Positions 46,510-59,238 of a stretch of 64,000 nucleotides of DNA are shown here, in pieces. The DNA lies in contig NC_083444.1 of NCBI RefSeq assembly GCF_020745735.1, forward strand, positions 9,864,338 through 9,928,337, written 5' to 3'. Positions within the stretch are counted from its first letter, which is position 1. Each line of letters opens with the position of its first letter. The translations under genes and the position numbers were made by a program. The notes below the pieces were generated by a model, which saw only the letters and a program-made list of their open reading frames with translations, was not told where the DNA came from and made no database searches. This stretch comes from Hemiscyllium ocellatum (taxonomy: Eukaryota).

Positions 46510-47400
46510 GGGGTGATACATTGGCTCAGTGGTTAGCACTGCTGCCTCACAGCGGGGTCGATTCCTGCCTCGCTGACTGTCTCTGCGGAGTTTCCATATT
46601 ATTCCCGTATCTCCGTGGGTTTCCTCTGGGTGCTCCGGTTTCCTCCACAATCCAAAGATGTGTAGGTTAGGGTGGATTGGCTGGGGAAATTACTCATAGT
46701 GCCCAGGGATGTGCTGGTTAGGGTGGATTGGTCAGGAGAAATTACCCATAGTGCCCAGAGATGTGCAAGTTAGTGTGGATTGGCTGTGCTAAATTACCCA
46801 TAGTGTTCAGGGATGTGCAGGTTAGGGTGGATTGGCCGTGCTAAATTACCCATAGTGTTCAGGGATGTGCAGGTTAGGGTGAATTGGCCATGCTAAATTA
46901 CCCATAGTGTTCAGGGTTGTGCAGGTTTGGGTAAATTGGCTGTGCTAAATTACCACTAGTGCCCAGGGATATGCAGATTAGGGTGGATTGGCCGTGATAA
47001 ACTACCCCCCAGTGTTCAGGGATGTGCAGGTTAGGGTGGATTGGCCATACTAAGTTGTCCCATACTGTTCAGGATTGTGCAGGTTAGGGTGGATTGGCCG
47101 TGCTAAATTGTCCCATTCTATCCAGGGATGTGCAGGTTAGGGTGAATTTGCCGTGCTAAATTGCCTCATAATGTTTAGGGATTTGCAGGTTAGGGTGGAT
47201 TGGCCATGGTAAATTACCCATAGTGTCCAGTGATGTGCAGGTTAGGGTGAATTGGCCATGCTAAATTGCTCCATAGTGTTCAGGGATGTGTAGGTTAGGT
47301 GCATTTGTCAGGGTTAAAATAGTGTAGGGGAATGGGTCTCGTTGAGTTACTCTTTGGAGTGTTGGTCTGGACTTGTTGCCACACTTTTATGACTCTGTTC
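46510..47400 (+). mobile_element. HE1-type SINE with internal 52-bp tandem expansion (46657-47300)
   Basis: Unit GGGATGTGCAGGTTAGGGTGGATTGGCCGTGCTAAATTACCCATAGTGTTCA (starts at 46810 and 46862), about 12 copies, between the SINE head and tail. Confidence 0.9.
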
Positions 47401-47829
47401 TATGCTTCTGTTTGTCCTCGTAAAGGCACTTCCTCACACCTTTATATTCACTACCCACTAGGTAAGACAATTAACCCACTCTGTATAGCAACTTCCCACT
47501 CCCAGTGTGCACCATGTCGGCCTCCAGTTTCTCACATTGCCCACCTGTCATGCTGACCCTCTTATTTTCCCTCCAAACCCCATGTCCCCAGGAAACTCTC
47601 GGCCAAGAGGTGGAGAAGCCCTTGTCTGGACCCTTGCTCCTTAGTACTAATACTCCCAGCTGTATGTACATATGTCCGTGTATAGAGTGAGAAGCAACTC
47701 AGGCACCTACAACCCCCTCAGATCTCTGTGCTCATCTAATTCTAGTCTCTCGTTGCCAATTTTTAATCATTTCACTGTTGGTTATGCTTTCAGCTGCCTA
47801 GGTGCCAAAGCTCTGGAGCTCTCACCTTG

Positions 47830-48136
47830 GAGGCTCAGGGGCTCAGTGGTTAGCTCTGCTGTCTCACGGCGCCAGGGACGCAGGTTCAGTTCCAGCCTCA
47901 AGGAACTGTCTGTGTTGTGTTTGCACGTTCTCCTCGTGTCTGTGTGGGGTTTCCACCCACAGTCCAAAGACGTGTGCAGGTTAGGTGGATTGGCTACATT
48001 ATAGTGTCCAGGGATGTGTATGTTAGTAGATTAGTCTTGGGGAAAAATGAAAGAAGGGGGAGTGATGGGTCTGGGTTGGATGCTGTTCAGAGACTCGATG
48101 GGCCAAATGGCCTGCTTCCCCTCTGTAGGGATTCTA
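47830..48136 (+). mobile_element. Diverged HE1-type SINE
   Basis: GGCTCAGTGGTTAGC head through GTAGGGATTCTA tail. Confidence 0.78.
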
Positions 48137-48540
48137 AGCCCTCAGGCATTCTCTTTACTCCTTTAAAGCACTCATTTAACCTCGCATCTGTGTGAAGTTG
48201 GTCACCCATCCAAATATCTCCTAAAACGCTCCTGCAAAACTACTATTGCAAAGATAAAGGTGCTATATAAATGCACGTTCTGGATTGTGATGCTGCCCAG
48301 CAGGCCAAGTCAGATCTATACAGTGGTTCTACACTCCATGAAAATGTGAAGGGTGATTCAGAAGGGTGTAGTCGCAAAATCCTAATCAGTAAGGAGTCAG
48401 TAAGTTTCAAAAGATTGAACTGTTTCTCCAACCCTCCAGGGGAGCCATTAACAAGCCTTAACATACTCTCCCGTGTTGAATTTGCAGCTTGCTTTGTGTT
48501 GGGATCGGCCAGTTTTCAGCTCTTCTCTTTCTACCAACAG

Positions 48541-48747
48541 AAACGGAAAACCACAACGATATCGGTCGAGGTGAAAAAATCTCAGCATAAGTACATCATA
48601 GGCCCGAAAGGTAACACCCTGCAGGAAATACTGGACATGACCGGGGTATCCGTGGAAATGCCGTCACTGGAGAGTAGTTCTGAGACCATCATTCTCCGGG
48701 GAGAGCCTGACAAACTTGGCCCAGCTCTGACTCAGGTCTACGCCAAG
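48541..48747 (+). CDS. HDLBP: Vigilin coding exon 6 (KH domain)
   Basis: KRKTTTISVEVKKSQHKYIIGPKGNTLQEIL...ALTQVYAK; CAACAG| ... AAG|GTAAAC; 207 nt. Confidence 0.96.
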
Positions 48748-48778
48748 GTAAACTTCCTAATCCCTGACGATGTGCTAT

Positions 48779-49447
48779 TATAATACTGTGGCTTGAAGAG
48801 ATGTATTTCGTCCTGATTTCTTCTTGAAGGATGTTTGAGACAGAGGTAGCAAGCAGCCTGCTTCAAAGCCCACAAAGCAAACAGCTTGGGATCTAAAACA
48901 AAAGTTGGAATAATAGAAGCATCCTGACTGGATGGGATCGAGCTCTCGCAGAACCAGAAGTTTTAGTTTCAGTTTTTTTAGTAGCAGTTGCTGGGGTCTT
49001 GAAACTGGGGTTTCAAAAGTTTGGGGTTTGGAAGCTGCAGTACATCTCTCTCTCTCTCTCACACACTCTCTCTCTCTCTCTCTCTCTCTCTCGAGTTTTC
49101 TTGTGAAGTTTTTCCTCTTGCTTTGGAGAATTGCCTGTAAGACCATCTATTTTACCGAATTTGTCTTTGCCAAGGGTGTGTTTATGGAATGTTACGACAC
49201 TGGGACAGTTGCTGTTTAGTAGCTAAATAATCACTTATTCTATAAAGTTTTCCAGTAGAGTTATGTCATTCCAATGTCTTCTTTCTACAGTGTGTGAATA
49301 AGGTGTGCTTCACTTCAAGACTGGTAGTTTGACCAATCGAATTGTATCTGGAAGACAATGCCTGGCACTTGCCTTTAAAATAAGGAAAAGTTAGGGTATA
49401 GGCTATCTTCATAATATATTTTGAGGGGTTTGGTCTGGGCCATAACA
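48779..49447. mobile_element. Solo LTR, family A
   Basis: Homologous to 20182-20796; ends CATAACA; starts about 30 bp after the exon 6 donor. Confidence 0.65.
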
Positions 49448-49834
49448 GTGTAGAAACCCACTTTAACATCAGGTGGTAAAAAATATCCCTTTGCCATCAA
49501 GCCTCTGGACAATCGTTTGTTATATGCTTTCCTAAAGTATAGTACGAATGGAGTATTGCTACAGGGCTTTGGTGACACCACACCTGCACTATGGCTTTAG
49601 TTCTAATACTTAAGAAAGGATATATACTTGCTTGAAAGTGTTAAAGCAAAGATTGTTCTTTTGGTTGAGGGGGCTGTTCTGTCAAGAATCAAAACATCCC
49701 TATAGTGTGGATGCAGGCCATTTGGTCCGCTGAGTCCATTCTGGCCCTCACCCACATCCCTGTATTTCCCATTTATCTTGTCATCCTTTTCTTGTCCCAC
49801 TCCTCCTGTGTGATCTCCAGTGGTAGCACTGTCA

Positions 49835-50083
49835 TCTCGGGCTGACTCATGTAGCAACAGATTCAAGGACAGTTTCTTCCCCGCTGTTATTAGACGTCTG
49901 AATGCACCTCTCACATTAAATTTAAAATGTTGATCTCGCTCTTTGTACATGTTCTCTGCAGCCGTAACATTGAATTCCTCGCTCTGTTCTGTTACCACAA
50001 AGCACCTTGTACAGCATGATCTGCACGTCAAACAGCACTTTTCACTGTACCTAGGTACAATGGACAACAAATAAATCAAATCA
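49835..50083 (+). mobile_element. Rex1/Babar-like LINE 3' end
   Basis: NRFKDSFFPAVIRRLN C-terminal motif and AATAAATCAAATCA tail. Confidence 0.6.
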
Positions 50084-50149
50084 GTTTGGCCCTTTTCTCC
50101 ATATTAGCTGGAGCCTTTTATTGACCTGTTTGTGTTCTCTAACCCCAAG

Positions 50150-50257
50150 GCCAAGAGTGTGATGGTGGCTGAAGTAACCGCGCCGGCCTGGTTACATCGC
50201 TTTATTATTGGCAAGAAGGGACAAAACATTGGCCGTATAACCCAGCAACTGCCCAAG
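50150..50257 (+). CDS. HDLBP: Vigilin coding exon 7
   Basis: AKSVMVAEVTAPAWLHRFIIGKKGQNIGRITQQLPK; CCAAG| ... AAG|GTAAGC; 108 nt. Confidence 0.94.
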
Positions 50258-50974
50258 GTAAGCACTGGGTCATCACAGGGCTCGACCTCCTCAAGAAGCT
50301 TAGATTTATATCGTGTCTTCAACATAGTCCTTGCGTTCTTCTTAGTCAATAATATTTTGACCGGAGCCGCAGGGCGGCAGTATTCGATCTTGGGGTAGAA
50401 GTTTAGGAGAATTGTGAAGAAAGAGAGAGACCGAGAAAGTCAGGAAGGAAATTCTCAGAGCTTTACAATCCGTTGCAGCTAATAACATATGGTCACCAAA
50501 TGCGAGGTAAAGGACATCAGGAAGCTGCTCAAGGGACTAGAATTGGAGAAGTGAGAGGTCTGGGAGGCTTCTAGAAGTAGGGGAGACACCATGGACAGTG
50601 GAAACTTTCATTTCAGTGTTCACATAACCAGGAGACGGAGTGGGTCAGGGCGACGGGTTTCTGAGAGTTTCAACAGGAGCTACTGAGATTCGGTTGAGTT
50701 TCAAAGGGATGATAGTTGTGAGACTGGGGAGGCCAACAGTCTTGTGAGGGTCCCAGCAAGGGAGTAAGGGAAGACAGCCAGGAGAATGACTGGGCAGGAC
50801 AATGTCCCTGAAAGGAAGCTAATTTTCCTACACTTACATTGCTCTGGTTATCCAACACAGCCAAGCACAAAACCTTGAACCGAAAGTGGGGGCGTGAGAA
50901 TGTATGGTGTCATCTTATGGCATAGTTGGCAAAAGTAACATGTATCTCTGGGTTCTATGACCTGTCTGGTGTAG

Positions 50975-51079
50975 GTTCACATTGAGTTCACTGATGGTGA
51001 TGAGAAGATCACATTGGAGGGTCCAACAGAGGAAGTGGAGATTGCTCAAACTCAGATCCAAGACATCATCAATGATCTG
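50975..51079 (+). CDS. HDLBP: Vigilin coding exon 8
   Basis: VHIEFTDGDEKITLEGPTEEVEIAQTQIQDIINDL; GTAG| ... CTG|GTCAGT; 105 nt. Confidence 0.95.
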
Positions 51080-51084
51080 GTCAG

Positions 51085-51570
51085 TATGTCATAGTCATCC
51101 AGCATGGAAACAGACCCTTCGGCCCAACCAGCCCATGCCGACCATGTTCCCAAACGAAACTAGTGCCACCTGCCTGCTCCTGGCGCACATCCCTCCAAAA
51201 CTTTCCTATTCATGTACTTGTCAAAAGTCTTTTTTTAAACGTTGTAACTGTACCCACATCCACCACTTCCTCAGGAAGTTCATTCCACACACGAACCACC
51301 CTCTGTGTAAAAAAAACCTGCTCCCTCATGTCTTTTTTAAATCTCTCTCCTCTCACCTTAAAAATATGCCCCCTAGTCTTGAAATCTTCCACCCTAGGAA
51401 AGAGATACCTGCCTTCCACCTTACCTACACCCCCCCCCGCCATGATTTTATAGACCTCTATAAGGTCACCCCTCAACCTCCTACGCTCCAGTGGAAAAGG
51501 TCCTGGGCTATCCAGCCTCTCCTTCTAACACGCACCTTCCATTCCCGGCAACATCCTGGTAAACCTCTTG
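51085..51570 (-). mobile_element. CR1/HER1 LINE 3' fragment abutting the exon 8 donor
   Basis: RGDLIEVYKIM...KTRGHIFKVRG...FFTQRVVRVWNELP. Confidence 0.9.
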
Positions 51571-51843
51571 TGAATGTCTTCCTATTCCGTGTAAAATTGC
51601 ACTGCCATTTCTCTACACCCTTCGGCAGTTCACTGTCCAGCTGTTTCCTCTCGAAGCCCGAGCTGCGGGGCCGTCGAAGTGACGAGCCCGTTCCTCTCCC
51701 ACTCCTTTCAACCCTGACACCGTTGCACCGCGGTCTCTCTTCACCTCCCTGAAGCTGAGCCACGTACATCGTGGAGCTGTCACTGGGTCGTGAAGCTTTG
51801 CAGCTGGTGAGTGACCTCGCTTATTTTCATGTCTCTCTTACAG

Positions 51844-51922
51844 CTGACGCGCATGGACTACACAGAGATCACGGTCGAGCAGAAATACCACCGTCATCTA
51901 ATAGGAAAGAATGGAGCGAATA
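51844..51922 (+). CDS. HDLBP: Vigilin coding exon 9
   Basis: LTRMDYTEITVEQKYHRHLIGKNGAN; TTACAG| ... ATA|GTGAGT; 79 nt, ends phase 1. Confidence 0.95.
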
Positions 51923-52136
51923 GTGAGTTTCTGTCAGTATTCCCTGGTATTCCTCTGGAATCTGACCAACATCACATAAAGAGGCTTCTCAACCCATTGG
52001 GATTTCTGAAAGAGCTGTACCCTGCTTTATTCTGTTTCCCTTCACCTGCTTATGTTCAACCTTTTCAAATATTTTTCCACTTTCCTTTAAAAACATTCTG
52101 CTCTCCGGTAGGACATTTCCCTTAACCAGTGGCAAT

Positions 52137-52465
52137 CACAGAATCCCTACAGTGTGGAAGCAGGCCATTCAGCCCATCGAGTCCACACACCGACTCTCTG
52201 AAGAGCATCCCACCCAGACCCACCATCCTGTCCAACCCCTGTATCCCTGCACTTCCCATGGCTAATCCACCACATCTGCATATCCCTGGACACTATGGGG
52301 CAATTTAGCATAGCCGATCCACCCTAACCTCTACATCTTTTGGCTGTGGGAGGAAACTGGTGCACCCGCAGGAAACCCACACAGACATGGTAAGGATGTG
52401 CAAGCTCCACACAGACAGTCGTTGGAGGGTGGAGTCAAATTCAGGTCCCTGCTGCTGTGTGGCAG
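52137..52465 (-). mobile_element. HE1-type SINE
   Basis: Reverse-complement tail, V-domain and partial head. Confidence 0.82.
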
Positions 52466-52634
52466 GGTCTTTTTTAATGTCTTTTTGACTCCCTACTCAT
52501 TTACCCATGGAAATCGGTTCATGCTATCTTAATTAACATTAGTTAAAGCATCTTAAATATAAACATCTATAAGAGAGCTCCACTTATGACCATGTTGTAC
52601 AGCAAAGGGCTTCCACCACGCTGTCACATAATTT

Positions 52635-52976
52635 GGGACAGCACGGTGGCTCAGTGGTTAGCACTGCTGTCCCATAGCGCCAGGGACATGGGTTCGATTC
52701 CATCCTCGGGCACCTGTCTGTGCAGCATTTACACATTCTCCTCTGTGTCTGTGTGGGTGTCCTCTTGAGTCCTCTGGTTTCCTCCCACAGTCCAAAGATG
52801 TGGAGGGTAGGGTGGATTGGCCGTGCTAAATTGTGTCATAATGCCCAGGGATGTGCAGGCGAGATGGAGTTGCCATGGGGAATGCAAGGTTACAGGATGG
52901 GGTGGGTCTGGGTGACATGCTCTTTGGTGAGTTGGTGTGGACTGGATGAGATGAATGGCCTGCTTCCACACTGTAA
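52635..52976 (+). mobile_element. HE1-type SINE, tail split by an LTR
   Basis: GGGACAGCACGGTGGCTCAGTGG head; the tail resumes at 53680. Confidence 0.85.
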
Positions 52977-53679
52977 TGTTACGACACGGGTTAAACCCTC
53001 CTGCTTAATGTAAAACCAGCAACGCTGAAAAGATTTATCCCGCGCAGTAATCTGTAAAAATTCGAGTGGCCAAGAACTATTTAAAAGTAAAAACAAACAA
53101 CTTTATTTCTTAAAGCAGAACAGAGAATAATTAACTAACAACAATTCCTTCCTCTAACCTATCTGTTACCTTCCCTTCTATAATACTAGTCTGATAAAAC
53201 TCTCAATTGAGAAGTACAAAACCACCCTTCTTATCTCAAAACCAGGCAGCTATCGTTCTCCTATTCGGATCTTCCTGTGTCTTTTTTTTTAAGGAATTTC
53301 TGCATCACAGGTTACTGATCGAAAAGATACCTTTTTAAGAGAGCTATTTTCAGACAGTCTTGTTTACATGCTGGGCTTGTCAGTTCTCCTCTCAACCGTT
53401 CAGTTTTCCCTGGTCTAATACCCCCAAAGCATTGGATTGTGTCATTGGCTCTAAGATTGTCAAAATGCTCAATTCAAACTAGATTGGAATTTGATATTTT
53501 TCGGGGTATAATTTAAATTGATTGGCTGAATTCACATTTGTTTTTTTGTCTCCAGGCAACGAGCTAATCAAGTTGTTCAACCAAGTGTTACATTGTTACC
53601 TTATTGAGAACACTTGGTGCTATGTCCGTTAGTTCTGCTGCTTTTAACTCTCTTAAAGTATACCCACATCTTTGTAACA
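52977..53679. mobile_element. Solo LTR, family B
   Basis: TGTTAC...GTAACA termini, near-TSD GTAA/GTAG, homologous to 62192-63228. Confidence 0.75.
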
Positions 53680-53779
53680 GTAGGCACTCTGTGATCAAAG
53701 CTATGGCATCACTTGTGGGTCTAATCCCTACCCTCTCCGTGGCCTTGACATCGCTCCTTATGTTAATCTATTGATTAAC

Positions 53780-56125
53780 CTTCACCTTAAATTTATGTCC
53801 CCTTGTAACACTCTGTTGTACCCGGGGAAAAAGTCTCTGACTGTCCACTCTATCTATTCCCCTGATCATCTTATAAACCTCTATCAAGTCACCCCTCATC
53901 CTTCGCCGTTCCAATGAGAAAAGGCCTAACACACTCAGCCTATTCTCGTACGACCTATTCTCAATTCCAGGCAACATCCTGGTAAATCTCCTCTGCACCC
54001 TCTCCAAAGCTTCTACATCTTTCCTAAAATGAGGCGACCAGAACTGCACACACTACTCCAAATGTGGCCTTACCAAGGTCCTATACAGCTGCAACATCAC
54101 TTCACGACTCTTGAATTCAATCCCTCTGCTAATGAACACTAATACACCATAGGCCTTCTTGCAACGTCTATCCACCTGAGTGGCAACTTTCAAAGAGCTA
54201 TGAACATAGACCCCAAGATCTCTCTGCTCCTCCACCTTACTAAGAATCCTACCGTTAGCCCTGTATTCCGCCGCCTTATTTGTCCTTCCAAAATGGACAA
54301 CCTCACACTTGACAGGGTTGAAATCCATCTGCCACTCCTCAGCCCAGCACTGCATCATATCTAAGTCCCTTTGCAGCCAACAACACCCCTCCTCACTATC
54401 CACAACTCCACCAATCTTCGTATCGTCTGCAAATTTACTGACCCACCCTTCAACTCCCTCTTGCAAGTCATTAATAAAAATTACAAACAGCAGAGGACCC
54501 AAAACTGATCCCGGTGGAACTCCACTTGTAACTGGGCTCCAGGCTGAATATTTACCACCTACCACCACTCTCTGACTTTGACCGGTTAGCCAGTTCTCTA
54601 TTCAACTGGCCAAACTTCCCACTATCCCATGTCTCCTGCCTTTCCGCATAAGCCTACCATGGGGAACCTTATCAAAAGCCTTACTAAAATCCATGTACAC
54701 TACATCCACTGCTCTACCCTCATCCACATGCTTGGTCACCTCCTCAAAGAATTCAATAAGACTTGTAAGGCAAGACCTTCCCCTCACAAATCTGTGCTGG
54801 CTGTCCCTAATCAAGCAGTGTCTTTCCAGATACTCATAAATCCTATCCCTCAGTACCCTTTCCATTACTTTGCCTACCACCGACTAACTGGCCTGTAATT
54901 CCCGGGGTTATCCCTATTCCCTTTTTTGAACAGGGCACAACATTCGCCACTCTCCAGTCCCCTGGCGCCACCCCATTGACAGTGAAGATGAAAAGATCAT
55001 TGCCAACGGTTCTGCAATTTCCTCTCTTGCTTCCCACATAATCCTAGGATCTATCCCGTCAGGCCCGGGGGACTTGTCTATCCTCAAGTTTTTCAAAATG
55101 CCCAACACATCTTCCTCCCTAACAAGTATCTCCCCTAGCTTACCAGTCCGTTTCATACTCTCCTCTTCAATAACACGGTCCCCCTCATTTGTAAATACTG
55201 AAGAAAAGTACTCATTCAAGACCTCTCCTATCTCTTCCGACTCAATACACAGTCTCCCACTACTGTCTTTGATCGGACCTACCCTCGTTCTCGTCATTCT
55301 CCTGTTTCTCACATACGTATAAAAGGCCTTGGGGTTATCCTTGATCCTACCTGCCAAAGATTTTTCCTGCCCTCTCTTAGCTCTCCTAATCCCTTTCTTC
55401 AGCTCCCTCCTGGCTATCCTGTATCACTCCAACGCTCTGTCTGAACTTTGTTTCCTCAACCTTATGTAAGCCTCCTTCTTCCTCCTTACAAGTCATTCAA
55501 CCTCCCTCGTCAACCAAGGCTCCCTCACACGACCATTTCTTTCCTGCCTGATAGGTACATACATATCAAGGACACGTCGTATCTGTCCCTTGAAAAAGTT
55601 CCACATTTCCACCACATCCTTCCCTGACAGCCTATGCTCCCAATTTATGCTCCTCAGATCCTGTCTGGCAGCATCGTATTTACCCTTCCCCCAATTGTAA
55701 AACCTGCCCTGTTGCACACACCTATCTCTCTCCATAACCAAGGTGAAAGTCACAGAATTGTGGTCACCATCACCAAAATGCTCACCCACTAACAAGCCCA
55801 TCACTTGTCCCGGTTCGTTACCGAGCACCAAATCCAATATGGCCTCCCCTCTGGTCGGACAATCTACATACTGAGTTAGAAAAGCTTCCTGGACACACTG
55901 CACAAACACCGCCCCGTCCAATCTACTTGATCTAAAGAGCTTCCAGTCAATATTTGGGAAGTTGAAACCGCCCATGACTACTACCCTGTGGCTTCTGCAC
56001 CTTTCCAAATCTGTTTCCCAAACTGTTTCTCCACATCTCTGCTGCTATTGGGGGACCTATAGTAAACACCCAACAAGGTGACTGCTCCTTTCCTGTTTCT
56101 GACTTCAGCCCATACTACCTCCAAA
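53780..56125 (-). mobile_element. CR1/HER1 LINE ORF2 pseudogene (endonuclease plus RT)
   Basis: GFNFPNIDW, ILDLVL, GDGDHN (APE endonuclease); KSPGPDGI, YMDFSKAFDKVPH, GVP.GSVLGPLLF, KFADDTK (RT); broken by stops and frameshifts. Confidence 0.95.
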
Positions 56126-56775
56126 GGCAGAGGCTCGGTGAGTTGGCGATGGGATATGCAGAGTTATGAGGAGTGGCGGGGAGGGAACAGAGTGAACTTG
56201 ATGGGCCGATTGATCTGCTTCCACACTGTAGGAAGAAAGCAGGGTTGACATTTCGAGTGCGGTGATCCTTCGTCTGTTGAGCACGGGAGTGAACCGTCAT
56301 CACTGGATACCATTGCTGTCATGGGAGCCCCATGTGAATCTGCTGTAAGGCAACTTCAATTAGCTCCGGGCAGACCTGAATGGTCCTCTAAGTCCCAGTG
56401 TAGCCATGAAAGCTTCTGCCCTGTACAATCTTATCACTGTTAACCTCTAAGTCGTCTAATATTCACTTAACCGAGCACCATTCAATCAATATTCTAACTC
56501 CACAGAACTGCAAATGGGAACATGGGCGATTAAAGATATAGGTAGCTCTTATAGATTTAGTGATTTTTCTGTATGTGAAGCCCTCATGTATACAGTTATA
56601 TCATAACTTGTTTCTGCTTCTTTTTGTTTTAATTTTGCACATTGCAATTTATCAAACGTCCCCCACGAAGGTGGAAACGCGGTTTTTGTTGCTACTTCCA
56701 GTGTTGTCTCCCGCTGAAAGAAACTGCTGTAACTACTGAATCTGCTGTTCCGCTTTCTGTCACCTCATCCTTTAG

Positions 56776-56915
56776 TTAATCGGATCAAGGAACAGTACAA
56801 AGTGTCAGTGCGCATCCCGCCAGATAATGAGAAGAGCAATCTGATTCGGATCGAAGGAGAGCCGCAGGGGGTGCAACTGGCCAAGAAGGAGCTACTGGAG
56901 ATGGCGGTCAGGATG
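56776..56915 (+). CDS. HDLBP: Vigilin coding exon 10
   Basis: (I)NRIKEQYKVSVRIPPDNEKSNLIRIEGEPQGVQLAKKELLEMAVRM; TTTAG| ... ATG|GTAACT; 140 nt. Confidence 0.96.
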
Positions 56916-57574
56916 GTAACTGTAGCTCCCTATCTCAGCCTTCCCACCTCCGTGATGCTGTCACTTTGTTACTGTGTTGGGAGGCAGGTTGGTTTGCTTA
57001 GTAGGCTGGATGGCTGCTCTGCGGCGCAGGGTGACGCCAACAGCACGGCTTCGATTCTCGCCTCGGCTGAGGTTACCATTAAGGAGCCTCCTTGTCAATG
57101 TCTCCCCTTACCCGAGGTGTGGTGACCCTCCAACCCGCCAGTCTAATAAGAGAGCAACCCTATAGTCTGGTAGGACTATGGTACCTTTACTTTTACGTTA
57201 CTATTGAGGATGGCAGTGACTTGAAGTTCCCCTCCCCAGAAGTCCTGTTGCTGTGGCAAACACACTTTGCATGCATTTGGGGCCTGGATTTATGAATAGG
57301 GGATGGTAGATGCTCCAATATTCTTCCTGTCACATAACTCACCAGGAATCACTCCTGCTTTTACCATCTGCCGTTGGAAGGGTTTCGCAGTCTGATGCCC
57401 ACCCTATTTGGTTGGGTTGCCCACAAATCTTCCTTGGCCATCAAGTCCTGACTTTGGGCGTAAGTATCTAGAGCAGGTCTTGAACCCACAAAGCTGAGGA
57501 GCACCTATTTGGTTGGACGATGGTGTCAGGAGGCAGTGAGTTGAAGTTGAGTTACCGATCAGCCTAGATAGAGT

Positions 57575-58135
57575 TAAATGGTGGGAATGAAAGGTGCAAG
57601 TTCTAAAGATAGGTTGGGACTTGTATCAGTTGTAGAGGTTGAGGGTGACCTGATAGAAGTTTATAAAATCATGAGGAGTATAGATAAGCTGAATGACAAA
57701 GATCTTTTCCCTCCAGTGGGGAGTTCAAAACTAGGGGGCATATTTAAAGGTGCGAGGGGAAGGATTAAAAAGGACACGAGGGGCAACTTTTTTTTACATA
57801 GAGGGTGGTTTGTGTGTGGAATGAACTGCTGGAGGAAGTGGTGGATGTGGGTAGAGTTGCTACATTTGACAGACATGTGGATAAGAGAGGATTGAGGGAT
57901 ATGGGTCAAATGCAGGGAAGTGGGGCTAGTTTAGTTTGGGAAAATGGTCGAGTAAAAAGTGAGGTCTGCAGATGCTGGAGATCAGAGCTGAAAATGTGTT
58001 GCTGGTTAAAGCACAGCAGATCAGGCAGCATCCAAGGAACAGGAAATTTGACGTTTCGGGCAAAAGCCCTTACTGGGAAAATGGTCGGCCTGGACTGGTT
58101 GGACCGACAGGTCTGTTTCCATGCTATACGAATCT
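57575..58135 (+). mobile_element. CR1/HER1 3' fragment with nested Penelope-derived arm (57951-58073)
   Basis: GDLIEVYKIMR motif; insert flanked by 14-bp TSD TGGGAAAATGGTCG at 57937-57950 and 58074-58087. Confidence 0.85.
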
Positions 58136-58957
58136 ATAAAGGATCACAGGCTTGAATAGGTTTCTCCAGTCCCTGAGGCTTCTATGATTTGCAACAATAA
58201 ATAGGTTAGATAGCAATGACAATGAGTCAGTTGCTTGTTCATTAATCTCCAGGGGAGATCTGTGGGGTGAATACTTTGGCGAACCACACCCTCTATACAT
58301 GAAGTGTACAGGACATCTGACCTTGCCTTTCAAAATGGAGAGTACCGTTGGTGCTGATGTTACTGGATCAGTAATCCAAAGGCTTTGGAGACAAGCTTTC
58401 AAATCTCACGATTTAAATTCAACTTGACTAGGAGCCAGGGCAATATCTTTGGACAAGTCACCCAGAAACCCAGGTTCATTCTGTGGGGTCACCAGTTCAA
58501 ACCCCACCACGACAACCTGTGACATTTCAGTCTGGTTCATAAATCTGGGAAAGAGAACTGCTTGCAGTAATGATGCCCAAGACGCAGTCGCTGACTATTG
58601 CAAATGACCTTTCAGAAGGAGAATCTTCCCATCCCTACCCGGGTCTGGCTGTAGATGTGACTTCCCTGTGCAGTGATCCAGAATACCTCTCAGTAGAGAC
58701 ATGCAACAATTATGGCTTTGCCAATAAAGCTCACATCTCATGAAAGAATTTTTAAAAATTAAATAAATTGGGAATTAAGACTTGGTCTGAGCAGTGGGGC
58801 TACCAGATTGTCAGAGGTATCCATCTGGTACATTAGTGTCAGAGAGTCATACAGCACAGAAACAGACCCTTCGGTCCAACCTGTTCATGTCGAACGTAAT
58901 CCCAAACTAAAGTCCCACCTGCCTGCACTTGGCCCACACCCCACATGACCCACATTT

Positions 58958-59238
58958 GAGGTGGCATGGTGGTTCAGTGGTTAACACTGCTACCTCACAG
59001 CACCAAGGTCCTGGGTTCAATTCCTGCCTGTGTGTGGAGTTTGCACATTCTCCCCGTGTCTGCGTGGGTTTCCTCCAGTTTCCTCCCACAATTCAAAGAC
59101 GTGCAGGTCAAGTGAATTGGCTGTTCTAAGTTGCCCATAGTATTAGGTGCATTAGTCAGAGGTAAGTATAGTGTCTGGGTGGGTTGCTCTTTGGAGGGTT
59201 GGTGTGGACTTGTCGAACTGTAGGGAATCTAACCTAAT
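58958..59238 (+). mobile_element. HE1-type SINE
   Basis: Head, V-domain, GGGAATCTAA tail. Confidence 0.82.

Noticed and set aside
46657-47300. Interstitial telomere
   Set aside because: Only one TTAGGG per 52-bp SINE-derived unit, not tandem hexamers.
48748-50149. U12-type intron (CTCTAAC close to an AAG acceptor)
   Set aside because: The donor is GTAAAC, not GTATCCTT. Likewise the GTATCT donor at 35491 lacks the U12 consensus.
50982-51752. 256-aa ORF
   Set aside because: Out-of-frame read through vigilin exon 8 into an antisense CR1 fragment.
53780-56125. Active LINE or domesticated reverse transcriptase
   Set aside because: Multiple stops and frameshifts, and both ends are missing.
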